From positions 6,574,001 to 6,638,000 of the forward strand of contig CM075990.1 of NCBI GenBank assembly GCA_038087875.1: a DNA stretch of 64,000 nt, in the 5' to 3' direction. The notes under the pieces were generated by a model. It was not told the DNA's origin, ran no database searches, and saw nothing but the letters and a program-made list of their open reading frames with translations. The stretch comes from Malacoraja senta (lineage: Eukaryota). Position 1 is the stretch's first letter, and every line of letters starts with the position of its first letter. The position numbers and the translations under genes were made by a program. This document shows positions 1 through 13,290 of the stretch, piece after piece.

Positions 1-811
1 AGAAAGCAAGGACTACCTGAAATTGGAGGTCAATCTTCATACCGCAGGGGTAGAAACGGACAGTGAGGCAGGCAGTAAAAGTATACAGTAGAAGAAAACA
101 AACTAACCAAAACTCTAAATGGAAGTACTACAGGCAGGAGGTGTTCATTTAAATCCACTTTGCTTCATACTGGATCAGTATGTATCCCAGGACAACGCCT
201 GTTTAGAGTTTCGTTCAGCAGTAAAGTTGCAAAACGATAGTAAATATCCAAATACAGAGTTGATTCAGAAAAATTGAAAGTTAAGAAGGGAGTGAAGACA
301 ATAAAACATAACGTGCTGGAGGAACTCAGCGGACCAGGCAGTGTCTGTGGAGGGAATAGACAGATGCCGTTTCTTCAGATGTAGAAGGGTTCCGATCTGA
401 AATGTTGCTTGTCCATTCTCCCAGCAGATGCTACCTGACCCTCTGAGTTCCTCCAGCACTTTGTGTTTTTTCTCCAGATGCTACCTGACCCTCTGCAGTT
501 CCTCCTGTCTCCAGTCGAAGACAACAAGTGCTTCCCAGATTTGTTTTCTGTTTGCACACTGGGAGAATATATTAACAAACCTGCTACTTCAGAGGAACAC
601 AAATATAAATTGGGGATTGATCTCTTAAGGAAAGGGATTGAAATGATTAAAAGTACACAAAATTTCCCAAAGGAGAGATAGCTTTAACTACTAGGTTTAA
701 ACGTTTATGAGGAGGTTTCAGATGCTTTAGCGATAATCTTGCAAAATTCTTTTGATTTTGACGTGTTTCTTTCAATTGGAAAATTACAATGCAACTACTT
801 TAGAAAGGTGT

Positions 812-1843
<1,032 letters not shown>

Positions 1844-2387
1844 AATGTTCTAAACATACAGTCAAACATCTGTTATGAACAAAATGTTGGAATCTATAAG
1901 AGTGACTGTGCGGAGAGAAATTTGAGCTGGTAAAAGTATTAGGAATAGTAGAGGACCAAAGAGATTTAGGGGGGCTGTGCATACAAATCATTAAAATATG
2001 GTGGTCAGCTGGGGAAAACCCTTCATAAAGCCGAATGGAATGTCACCCTCTCGGGCTGAATGGCTGGAACATAAAGGAAGAAGTTTTGCTTCATTAAATA
2101 CAAAGCTCGGGGGTCTGGTACTCCATTCTGTAACTGAGCCATGAGGTCAATATGCTTGTCTCTCGGGGAAGGGCCATATAGATTCACCTAAATGTAATCA
2201 GGACTCCAAGAGTTAATTGAGGAGGAGAGATCACATTTTAACAAAAGATGGATTCCTTTTAGTACGAAGGAAAGTTCAATGTTTGTGATTTAAATAACTT
2301 TCATGGGATTGATCGGGGTTGATAGGCATAAATTTAACCTGCTGGCGAGGATCTTGGACAATTGACCAAACCTTAATAGCCAAGTTA

Positions 2388-2884
2388 AGGGCCTGTCCCA
2401 CGGGCAGGCGATTCCAGGCGGTAAGCGCGGCGTAGCAGGAAGTGGGGACCGCGCGGCTGCCGCGCGGGTGCCACCGTACGGCCTGTCCAACGTGCATGCG
2501 GCAAGCGCAACATAACCGGAAGCGGTTGCCGCGTTGGAGGCCGAGTGTTTACCGTACGGCCTGTCCCACGATCATACGAATGCATGCGGCGAGCGCGGCG
2601 TCGGGTGATGACGTCATCGCGCAACGCAACGCGCTAGCCTACTCCGTCGAGACGGTGCGCGGCGTCCAGACGGTGCTCGCGGTGTCGAGGCGGCAGCAGG
2701 GCGACAGGCCGTTGCCGTACGGGATTTTTGGACAGCGTCAGTTTTTCTGAGCCCCGCGTTCGCGCGGTGTCGGGACCAACTACATACGGCTCCGGCGATT
2801 TGCATGGGACCGACCCCGCGCGGTCCCCACTTCCTGCTACTCCGCGCTTACCACCTGGAATCGCCTGCCCGTGGGACAGGCCCT
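2388..2884. mobile_element. PIF/Harbinger-type MITE (GC-rich)
   Basis: TIRs of about 70 bp: agggcctgtcccacgggcaggcgattccagg... and ...cctggaatcgcctgcccgtgggacaggccct. Flanked by tta and taa. No coding capacity. Confidence 0.85.
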
Positions 2885-3016
2885 TAAGAGAGCTCTTAAC
2901 GTACAGAACATGGAACATGGAACAGTACAGACACAAAAAGCTGGGGTAACTCAGTGGAATAGGCAGCATCTCTGGAGAGAAGCAACGGGTGACGTTTCGG
3001 GTCGAGTCCCTTCTTA

Positions 3017-3346
3017 TGGGCCTGTTGCACTTATGCAACTTTTTCGGCGACTGCTGGCACCCGTCACAGGTCGTTGCAGCTCGCTGAAAATTTTCAACAT
3101 GTTCAAAATCCAGCGGCGACCAGAAAGACGCTACGACTCTTTGGGCGACTGAGGAGACGACTCACGACCATACAGGCGGCACCCTGGCGACATGTCGTGG
3201 GGTGACGCCTGTGGTAGTCGCCCAAAAAGTCGTACCTTGTTTTGGTCGACGCTGGATATTCAACATGTTGAAAATTTCGGCGACCTGCTGCGACTATGAC
3301 GGGTGCCGGCAGTCGCCGAAAAGATGGCGTGAGTGGGACAGGCCCA
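3017..3346. mobile_element. PIF/Harbinger-type MITE inserted in a Penelope-like terminal repeat
   Basis: TIRs tgggcctgttgcact and agtgggacaggccca. TSD TTA at 3014-3016 and 3347-3349. Internal sequence is homologous to the MITE at 60318. Confidence 0.85.
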
Positions 3347-4004
3347 TTAGAAACGTCACCCGTTCCTTCTCTCCAAGAGACTCTCTCCAGAGATGCTGCC
3401 TGTCCTGCTGAGATATTCCAGCTTTATGTGTTTAAACCAGCATCTGCAGTTCCTTCTTACACATAGAACAGTACAGCACAGGAACAGGCCCTTCGGCCCA
3501 CCATGTCTGTGCCAAATATGATGCCAACAAAAGCTCTTACCTGCCTGCTCATGGTCCACACCCCTCCATTCCTTGCATATCAATCTGCCTATCCAAAAGT
3601 CTCAAAAGTGCAACTATAATATTTGCACCCATCAGCTTCTATGCCACACATATCCCCATTAAACATTGCTCTTCTTGCCTTAAACCTGTGCATTCTAATA
3701 TTTGATTTTACCATCCTGGAAAAGGTTCCGACTCTACCATGTCCATGCCTTTCATAATTTTATACCCGTCTATCAGGCCTCATTCAATCTCCGGAGTTGC
3801 AGAGAAAAATCTTCTTCACACAAAGGACTAGAATTCTCAGCGGTAATAAAATTTAATAATCTTACATTTGAAAGCAAAAGGTTTTTGTTGGCTCTGCCTG
3901 TTCAGAGGTATAAAGCTAAGCCAGGTGGACGGATTTAGGATTTGGATCATTGTATGCGAGATGGGAGGGGCTAAAAGAGTTGCAGTATCATAGACTCATA
4001 GAGT

Positions 4005-4495
4005 CACAGAGTGACAGAGTCATAGAGTGATACAGTGTGGAAACAGCCCTGCTGCCCAACTTGCCCACACCGGCCAACATGTCCCAGCTACACTAGTCCC
4101 ACCTGCATGTGTTTGATCCATATCCCTCCAAACCTATCCTATCCATGTACCAGTCTAACTGTTTCTCAAATGCTGGGATAGTCCCTGCCTCAACTACCTC
4201 CCCTGGCAGCTTGTTCCATCCACCTTTGTTTGAAAAAGTTACCCCTCAGATTCCTATTAAATCTTTTCCCCCCTCAACAAACCTATGTCCTCTGTTCTTC
4301 GATTCGCCTTCTTACTCTGGGCAAGAGACTCTGTGTATCTACCCAATCTATTCCTCTCATGATTTTATACACTTCAATAAGATCATCCTTCTGTGTCTCC
4401 AAGGAAGAGTCCCAGCCTACTCAACCTCTCCCTATAGCTCAGACCCTCTAGCCCTGGTAACATCCTTGTAAATCTTCGCTGTACCCACTTCAGCT
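4005..4495 (-). mobile_element. CR1/HER1-type LINE 3' fragment
   Basis: The minus strand encodes VQRRFTRMLPGLEGLSYRERLSRLGL (CR1 ORF2 C-terminus), followed by a 3' UTR and an octamer-repeat tail. Confidence 0.85.
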
Positions 4496-6085
4496 TGAGC
4501 CAGTGTTTTGATGTTCTGGCCCCACCTCTCTTCCATCTTTCTCCCCCCTGCCACAATCTGTTCTGAAGAAGGGTCACGAGCCAAAACATCATCTATCCAT
4601 ATTTTCCAGAGATGCTGCCTGACTTGCTGAGTTACTCCAGCACTTTGGGCCTAGTGGTTAATATGCCCCAAGATCTGTCTCTGCATTTGTTGCCATAGCA
4701 ACATAAAGGCTAGTGCGAGAAAGAGATCCTCGTCAGGAATGAGAGTCCTCATCATAGAAACATAGAAAAATAGGTGCAGAGTAGGCCATTCGGCCCGAGC
4801 CAGCACGAACCATTCAATATGATCATGGCTGATCACCTAAAATCAGTACCCCGTTCCTGCTTTTCCCCCATATCCCTTGATTCCTTCAGCCCAAAAGGTT
4901 TTTCACCATCATGATGAAAACTGACTCTCTAGTCTTTGGGATCTGCTGCACACTAACCAGCATCCCGGATCCAACCTGTAGCTGTGCCGATAGTTCAAAA
5001 GCAATAACCGGCTATCAAAGGGCTATGGGACATCCAGAGGCGCTACATTAATGCAAGCCTTTCTGTGAACAATCGGCACATCAAAGTCAGGGCAGGCATC
5101 AGTATTGGGAAGGCCTTTTCGCTGTGTGACTGCGTGGACTGTCGACAGGGAACAGAGTGGTCCTGTTACCTATTTACCCCAAATGGAATGTACATTGATG
5201 TCTGTCCAAGGTACATAGAGTGAATGCACCAGATGAGATTGGGCACCGGACCAGGATAAATGCTTCTTGTAGCATATTCTGAGACACACTGGCGTCCAAT
5301 CCAATTATATGAATCAGATAAATATTGCTATTTATACTTGGATCGCTCGAAGTGAATTTGAACCCCCTACTGCACCAGACAGGTTGCTGTGCGTCTTTCA
5401 TTCCCACTGCCGCAAGAATCCCGCACATGCAAACAAATTTTACGGCGCCGTATATTTCCTCGCTTCCACTTGATCCTATCCGTCGCAGGAAGTAAATAAA
5501 GATAAACGCACTGCCTGGGGGTGTTAGGCAGCCAGCGCGGAGCAGAGCAGACACGGGATCGACCCCTCTTGCTCCCCACCGAATTGGCTCAAACACTCGA
5601 TGCAACAACTGACTTCAGATCCACTCGGAGCTGGAAGAGGACGAAGCAACATCAGCCCCCCCCCCTCCCCCGTTCCCTGATTGCTAATTTGCGTCCAGTC
5701 GATCAAGTGTTCAGATCTGTGGGTGAAGTTGGGGTCAGATCTGATTATGCTCAACAGTCTGTCAAGTCTCATTGGCCAGACTCGTGAATGTGGAATGGAT
5801 AAGAAAGCGAGAAAACGGCCATGAAATTGTATCTTGCCTGAAGTTACGAGAATGCTAATGGGGAAAATAGAAACATTGCCAGCCAGTGTAATGTAGAATT
5901 TAGAAGCGTTTTAAGGCTTTTAAAAAATCCGGAGGTGCTCCGGGATATTCAAACGCTCATCTAATTAGCAATGAAGGTGCAGAAGTGTGATCTCTTGCAG
6001 TGGTTTGGAGACAGTGGTGTTGTTACTGACTCAAGCTGGTGGTGGCAACTCAGAGTATAACACGAGTGATAAAGTGCGGGAGTAA

Positions 6086-6403
6086 AGCCCCTGTCCCACT
6101 TTCCCGAGTTACCACAAATTCTCCCGAGTTTTCCCCTTGATATAAACTTGGAAAATTATGAAAATAGCCAGCCGTAGGTACTCGGGGCTATTTTTTAAAC
6201 TTGTGGACATTTTTCAACATGCTGAAAAAACGTCCCGACTTACCTGATGCCCCGAGTACCTACGGCTGGCATTATGAGCCGCTACGAAATATCTACGGAC
6301 TCCTACGGCCTCCTACGGACTCGCTACGGACATTCTCCGAGTTTGAATCAAGGGGAAAACTCGGGAGAAATCGTGAATAACTCGGGAAAGTGGGACAGGG
6401 GCT
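6086..6403. mobile_element. PIF/Harbinger-type MITE
   Basis: TIRs agcccctgtcccactttcccgagtta and taactcgggaaagtgggacaggggct. TSD TAA at 6083-6085 and 6404-6406. Removing it restores the host repeat motif ggagtaactcag, which fixes the TSD at 3 bp. Confidence 0.9.
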
Positions 6404-6946
6404 TAACTCAGTGGGTCAGGCAGTGTCTGTGAAGGGAATGGGAGAGGCGATGGTTTGGGTTGCGACCCTTCTTTACACTGATTGTCGAAAAGGGAATGAA
6501 AGCTGGAAAAGAGGTGGAGGCAGAATCAAGTCCGGCAAGTGATAGGTGGACACAAAAAGCTGGAGTAACTCAGCGGGTCAGCAGCATCTCTGGGGAAAAG
6601 GATTAGGTGACGTTTCAGGTCGAGACCTTCTTCAGACTGAGAGTCAGGGGAGGGGGAAACGAGGGGTATGAAAAGGTACAGGACAAATCAGAGCCGGCAC
6701 TGATGACTCAGGAAAGGTGGAGCCCACAATGGTCCATTGTTGGTTGTGGAAGAGGCGATAATGAAAGGATACAAACAGGGAGAGGGATCTGTATTTATCC
6801 CATCGTTTTTCATCTCTTCCACAGACAACAATGGAACTTTGTGGGCTCCTCCTTTCCTGAGTCAATGATTTCAAGTCTGAAGAAGGGTCCCGACCTGAAT
6901 CATCAACTATTCCTTTTCTCCAGAGATGCTGCCTGACCCGCTGAGT

Positions 6947-7083
6947 GGGGTGGGAGATTGCAACCTTCACGTGGTCCGTCCCGTTTCGACGAATCCAATC
7001 AACCTGGCGTGCACAATCAAATAAGATCTAATAGAACAAGTTGTTCTACAACTTGAGGCTGTCACGCCATACGCAAGAAGAAG
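6947..7083 (+). mobile_element. Short (AAG)n-tailed non-LTR element, copy 1
   Basis: ggggtgggagattgcaacc...gccatacgcaagaagaag, flanked by cccgctgagt and cccgttgagt (TSD). Homologous to the copies at 20643 and 35056. Confidence 0.8.
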
Positions 7084-7934
7084 TCCCGTTGAGTTACTCC
7101 AGCATTTTGCGTCTCTTTTCGGTGTAGTCCAGCAACTGCGGTTCATAGAAACATAGAAACATAGAACATAGGTGCAGGAGTAGGCCATTCGGCCCTTTGA
7201 GCCAGCACCGCCATTCAATATGTTCATGGCTGATCATCCAAAATCAGTACCCCGTTCCTGCTTTCTCCCCATATCCTTCCTGCACAAGTGATAGGTGGAT
7301 ACAGGTGAGGGTGGTTGATCGGCAGGTGCGTGAACAAAGGCTTGAAAGTGAAAAAAGAGATAAAAGGGCGTCCGACAAGGAGAGAAGAAAATTTAAATAT
7401 AAAGCATTCGTTGCAAATGTGAAGCAATTCAGAATTTAGTTGACAGTCTGTTTTGATCTTGGTGCTATCTGACGGTACCAGAATCGTCCCCAGCTGCTAG
7501 AAAGTGGAAGTGGATCAGGAGCACTGTCACTGCTGAATACAAAGTTGACTTAATCTGAGATGCACTGGCTATCTATTGGCACGACTTTTGAAAGGCATGG
7601 GGGAGAGAATAATTACCTTGAGGAAGAGGGAAGTTAGTTTGAGTTTAGTGTTGAGTTTATTGTCACAGTAAAAACCATTTGTTGCGCGGAACCAGTAAAC
7701 GGAAAGACAACACATGATGACAATCGAGACGTCCACATGACAGTGCAAAGATAAATGATTAAGGGAATAACGTGAATAACATTTAGTGCGAGATAAAGCC
7801 AGTAAAATCAAAAAATTGTCCGAGTATCTCCAATGAGGTAGATAGGAGCTACTATCGACCTCATTGGTGACCCTTGGACTGTCCATGAAGTGGTTGTTTG
7901 GATAGATCACTGGTTTCATAATGAATACAAGGAT

Positions 7935-8128
7935 AGCATGGTGGTGCAGCGGTAAGTTACTGCTTTACTGTGCTTGCAGCGCCAGAGACCCGGGTTCGAT
8001 CCCTGACCTACAGGTGCTGTCTGTCCGTAGTTTGTACGTTCTCCCGTGACCGCGTGGGTTTTCTCCGAGATCTTCGGTTTCCTCCCACACTCCAAAGACG
8101 TAAAGGGTTTGTAGGTAAATTGGCTTGT
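7935..8128 (+). mobile_element. HE1-like tRNA-derived V-SINE, 5' half
   Basis: A-box-like tggtgcagcgg, B-box gggttcgatcc, and the central domain gtgaccgcgtgggttttctcc...cctcccacactccaaagacg. Confidence 0.85.
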
Positions 8129-9727
8129 GTGTGATCATATTGAATGGCGGTGCTCTCTTGAAGGGCCAAATGGCCTAATCCCGTACCTATTTTTCTATGT
8201 TTCTATGTTTTTAACCGGGAGAGCCTACCTTCTGCGCCCTCAAGGTCGGCTGTGGGAGACAGCCCCGGGGCACGAAGGATGAAGGTGGCCGGGCAAGGAG
8301 AGGGCCGACGGTTTGCGGGATGAGATGGAGGTGGTGGCTGCATCGAGCCTTTACGGTTGGAACGGTGAAATGGTGCCAAATGCTGGCAACATTTTGTGGG
8401 CTCAGTGGCTGTTTCTATGTGTTATGTACTGATTGTATTTACATATGGCAGTAATCTTCTGATCTGTATGGGAAAAAAATAATCTAACTGTACCTTGGTA
8501 CATGTGATAATAAGGAACCAGTGAAGCTGGAATCTAAAACACAAAGTGCTGGAGTAACTCTACAGGGCAGGCAGCACCGCGGGAGGGATTGGACTGGCAA
8601 GGTTTCGGGTCGGGTCCCCTTCTTAAAAAGCTGCCGCTCCTGTGTAATTGTGAGTTCTTTGGCATGCACTGATCAACATTTGTACTTCTGTTACGTGGCT
8701 TAACTCAGGATTATTACCCGGGACTGCCTGTCAACTCCAATACACGTTCCCGGTGCCTTTGTTGATATTGTAGCATTTCTTGTCAACATATGCCCACACT
8801 TCTGAAGCAACGTGTTTACACTGCACTCGACTAATGAATAATTCACTGGGAACCTTGATCCTTTTCCAAGGTGTGATGCCTTAACAAGATTTTTGTTCTT
8901 ATGCTAACAATAAAGAGAGAAAATCCTATCCTCTTGCCCTTGTTTATATGTTGGTTTTCAGAAAGAAACTCAACGTTATTGATCAAGCTGCTGTCTGCTT
9001 CTAATTAAGTTAAATCTAATGAAGATAACTATTGAATATCAACGGGGAAAATTCTAAGCAGCAAGCACCATCTGACGTTGCATTTATTACCCTTTATACA
9101 GTTCAGGATTGCAGAAGGAATGCATATAGTCTCAGAGCTATAAGTGAGTGTGAGTATTATGTTTCTATGTCCTGTGTTTTAATGCTCCCAAATGATGTAA
9201 CTCTAAAGCTTTACTGGCCCACTGTTAATAGTGAGTCCTTCATGAATCAACTACAAATTGTATTTTCATAAAGAGTTTTCTGCAACCTATGTGCAATGCA
9301 AGTCATTTCTGCAATGTGCACACAAGTGGATTGCCTCAGTATATCAGCCTTCTATTATATGTTATCGCCAAGATGCACGTAGCTGGACATTTTAGGCTGG
9401 GCGATTTCATGTCAATTGGAAGAGAGACGCCATTCATTCACCCTGCCATAAAGATGTCTCATTAGGAACCAATTTCTTTCTATGTGTTCGGCTCCCCAAC
9501 GACATCCGCCATGGCTTAGTAACCTTTACGATCTTGTCAACCCTTCCCTGGTTATTTTAGCCGTGCAAAACTATGTGCGCTTAGGAAAGGAAACATCATT
9601 CTACTTAAATCTGGATTGAGTTGATTGAAAGTTTTAGCGGGGATGCAGGCCATTCCGCCCACCGAGTCCATACTGACCGTAGATCAGAGTCAAGAGTCAA
9701 GAGTCAGATAGAACAATGAAATTCTTA

Positions 9728-9972
9728 AGGGCCTGTCCCACTTGGGCGTCATTTGCGCGTAATTTACGCGACATCATTTACACGTCACGATGCACGACGC
9801 GCGCATCATGCCGCGCATGTGATGCGTGCATGGTGCGCATTACGCGCGCATGGTGCGTGATGACGTAGGCAGTGACGCGCGGTTGCGTGCGGCTCCCCAG
9901 GATTTTGGGATGTACAAAATCCTCGCGCGCCATCTGCGTGACGCGCAAATGACGCCCAGTGGGACAGGCCCT
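9728..9972. mobile_element. PIF/Harbinger-type MITE (CpG-rich)
   Basis: TIRs agggcctgtcccacttgggcgtcatttgcgcg and cgcgcaaatgacgcccagtgggacaggccct. TSD TTA. An empty-site paralog (attcttacttgtagcagcacaacag) is present near 63096. Confidence 0.9.
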
Positions 9973-10736
9973 TTACTTGCAGCAGCACAACAGAATATGT
10001 AAACATAATACCATCCATCCACACTAGTTCTACCTCATCCCACTTTCTTATGAGCTCCCTGCACAGTAAGGGCAATTTACAGAGGCCATTTAACCTACAA
10101 ACCCCACAGGTCTGTGGGATGTTAGAGGAAACCAGAGCACCCGAAGGAAACCCATGTGGTCACAGGGAGAACGTGCAAACCCCACACAGACGGACCCGAG
10201 GTCAGGATTGAATCTGGGTCTCTGGTGCTGTGAGGAGCAAATCTTGATGAGCAAAAAGTGCAAAACCAAAATCAGCCAACACATTTAGAAGGCGGTACAT
10301 CCCAACATAAACAACTCTTGTCAAGAGTTGAGTAGGCATTGAGAGATGAATGGTGGAAACTATTCACATTGGGGAGTCGTGTGACTGCGTGCTGTCTCTG
10401 CCGAAATTATATGCACTCACCATTAATATTATGGATTCTTTCTTATGCCTCATGCACTAATATAATAAAAATCATTTTCAGCCATCTCTTCCAGTAATTA
10501 TTTTTTTAAAATTAAATTCTACAAAACAGGCCTTTATTGTTTTATTGGCCTTGTTGCTTTCTGTACACAGCAGACGAACATAATTAAAGAGTAATATTAA
10601 AATGTCACGTAGCAATTAAGAAAATAAAGGGCTGCTGTGCTACTTGGTGTGTTTTTTCCACATGTGTAAGCCAGGGCATCTTTGGTGCAAATTGGTTCTG
10701 TCTCCTCAGCAATATTGCCTATCACTCCACAAACAG

Positions 10737-11578
10737 GAGCGGCACGGTGGCGCAGCAGTAGAGTTTCTGCCGTACAGCACCAGAGACCCGGGTTTGATCC
10801 TGCCCACGGGTCCTGTCTGTACCTTCTCCCTGTGACCACGTGGGTTTTTTTCTGGGTGCTCCGGTTTCCACCCACACTCCAAATACGTACAGGTTTGTAG
10901 GTTAATTGGCTTCGGTAATCGACAATAGACAATAGACAATAGGTGCAGGAGTAGGCCGTTCGGCCCTTCGAGCCAGCACCACCATTCAATGTGATCATGG
11001 CTGATCATTCCCTATCAGTACCCCGTTCCTGCCTTCTCCCCATATCCCCATATCCCCTGACTCCGCTATCTTTAAGAGCCCTATCTAGCTCTCTCTTGAA
11101 AGTATCCAGAGAACCGGCCTCCACCGCCCACTGAGGCAGAGAATTTCACAGACTCACAACTCTCTGTGAAAAAAAGTGTTTCCTCGTCTCCGTTCTAAAT
11201 GGCTTACCCCTTATTCTTAAACTGTGGCCCCTGGTTCTGGACACCCCCAACATCGGGAACATGTTTCCTGCCTCTAGCGTGTCCAAACCCTTAACAATCT
11301 TATATGTTTCAATAAGATATCCTCTCATCCTTCTAAACTCCAGAGTGTACAAGCCCAGCTGCTCCATTCTCCCAGCATATGACAGTCCCGCCATCCCGGG
11401 AATTAACCTGGTAAACCTACGCTGCACTCCCTCAATAGCAAGAATGTCCTTCCTCAAGAACTGTAACTTGTCCCGAGTGTGTCTACAGATAGTGCTAGTG
11501 CACCGGGATCGCTGGTCGGTGCCGACTCGGTGGGCCGAAGGGCCTGTTTCTGCACTGTATCTCTACACTAAACTAAAC
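10737..11578 (+). mobile_element. HE1-like SINE interrupted by an antisense LINE fragment
   Basis: SINE head at 10737-10916. SINE tail (gggccgaagggcctgtttc...ctaaactaaac) at about 11460-11578. Confidence 0.8.
10921..11457 (-). mobile_element. CR1/HER1-type LINE 3' fragment
   Basis: ORF 11146-11457(-) reads RKDILAIEGVQRRFTRLIPG...TRGHSLRIRGKPFRTE, followed by a 3' UTR and a (CTATTGT)n tail. Confidence 0.92.
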
Positions 11579-12789
11579 AAGGCTTCAAGACCACCTGCAC
11601 TTTGTGGCCAGAAATGCTGTTCCTGTGAAATCGGTCTGGGTGGAGGGGTGGGTGGGGGTTAGGGAGAGAAAGAAATGTATCTATTTATTGTGACAGCTTC
11701 TGGTGAGGAAGAAAAATATTTTATTAGCTTGCTAATGACTGGTTTGCGCTGTTGGTTTAGTGAATGATAATAAGAAACGAACAGCGATGCATTGTTCCGA
11801 CACAGAACGTCGCTCTGTATGGAGTCACTTCAGGATTCTGTATACCACAGACCCGAGGAACCATACCCTCTAATACATATCACCGCTCTGGCTGTTTAAT
11901 GGGTTATGTGAGGTGGGGGGGGTGGGGGGGGGGGGGGGTGGGGAAGTGGGGTCCCTTGTGCGTATGCAAACACAGTTGAGAGAACTTCATTCTCAAGACT
12001 TGCCAAATTAGAGTCAATTCCAAAGAGGCTAAAAACAAATGTCGCATTTACAGCCGAGGTTGTAATTTAAAAAACATGGTTGTATCTGTATTTTCCATCC
12101 AACGCTCATTGCCACATGTAATTATCAATAAAGTCCTGCCGTTTAGTTTTACAGGATGCTAGTCAGTCAAAGGCAATATTTTAAATTTGGCTGGAATTCT
12201 CGATTACATACGTGTGCACGCAAAAAGAAAAATAACATCGTAAATATATCTGCACATTATTACTGATATGTAAATTGACCTCGTTTTGCCCTCGATTATT
12301 TCCTCAGTTCATCTGTGTCTCAACAAGAGTTTGTGGACACTCTCCAAGCTATCTTGGCTGCCATGTCCCATGTTAAACGTGAACTGTCGGTGCTCCGGCA
12401 GTGTGCAACTGCGAAATATTGCTGTACGGCCGAGAGGTTTAAATATAGAACTCCATTTATTTTGTTGTAATGAATGTCAGATTGTTTGCCAAGTATTATG
12501 AGCCATGTGCCCTTGCGTTTATAAGGGTAAAGCTTAAGTCCTTTATCCCTCCATATTGGCCTTTTTGTTTGCCTGTGGCATTAATAAAGTGGCGATGATG
12601 TCCAGGGTGGGAAGTAGGGCTTAACTCTTTGGCCCTGGTCATCATGGGTGTGGGCAATATTGGATGCTCAGGCTGGCCTTTAGTTACTGTACTGTTCATT
12701 GTTGTATTAGCCATTGCTTCACCGATTGCTGGTGCCATTTGAGAGCACAGTCACTGTTGGCCGATCACATGGACTCCACCTTTACTTCA

Positions 12790-13290
12790 CGCCGCCTCCA
12801 AGAAGCAATCAATGTAATCCAAGACTTGCCCCACCCCGGTCATTCCCTCGTCCCCCTGCTCCTGTTGGGCAGAAGATACAGAAGCTTGAAAGCATGCACC
12901 GTGAGACTCGGGAACAGCTTCTGCCCTTCTCAGGCTTCTGAACGGTCCTTCCATAAGCTAGGATACTGCCCAACGCACCTCTACCCAGTGCAGACATTGG
13001 ACTTTGTTACTGGAACTGGCGTGCTACTATGCTGAGAACTCTCTTCTGCACTCTGTATCCTTCTCTGTACTCCACCTATTGTAGGAGTTTGGTTTGATTT
13101 CATTTAAATCTATTATTATCTGGTTTGATTAGACAGCAAGTAAAACAAAGCTTTTCACTATAAACACAAGGAACTGCAGATGCTGGTTTACAAAAGAAGG
13201 CACTTAGCGCTGGAGTAACTCAGCTGGTCAGGCAGCATCTCTGGAGAACATGGCTGTACCCCAGTACACATGACAATAATGAAGCTAAAC
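12790..13290 (+). mobile_element. Rex1/Babar-like LINE 3' fragment
   Basis: Encodes IQDLPHPGHSLVPLLLLGRRYRSLKACTVRLGNSF, resembling the Rex1/Babar RT C-terminus. The 3' UTR ends acatgacaataa plus a tail. Confidence 0.6.

Noticed and set aside
2385..2887. TTAA-targeting piggyBac or Kolobok assignment for the MITEs
   Set aside because: Sister elements inserted in known repeats (6086, 9728, 41677) restore the host sequence only with a 3-bp TWA duplication.
11914..11943. Poly-G/C tracts as functional G-quadruplexes (also near 13792, 25064 and 33125)
   Set aside because: Simple homopolymer runs whose length is error-prone and which have no functional context.
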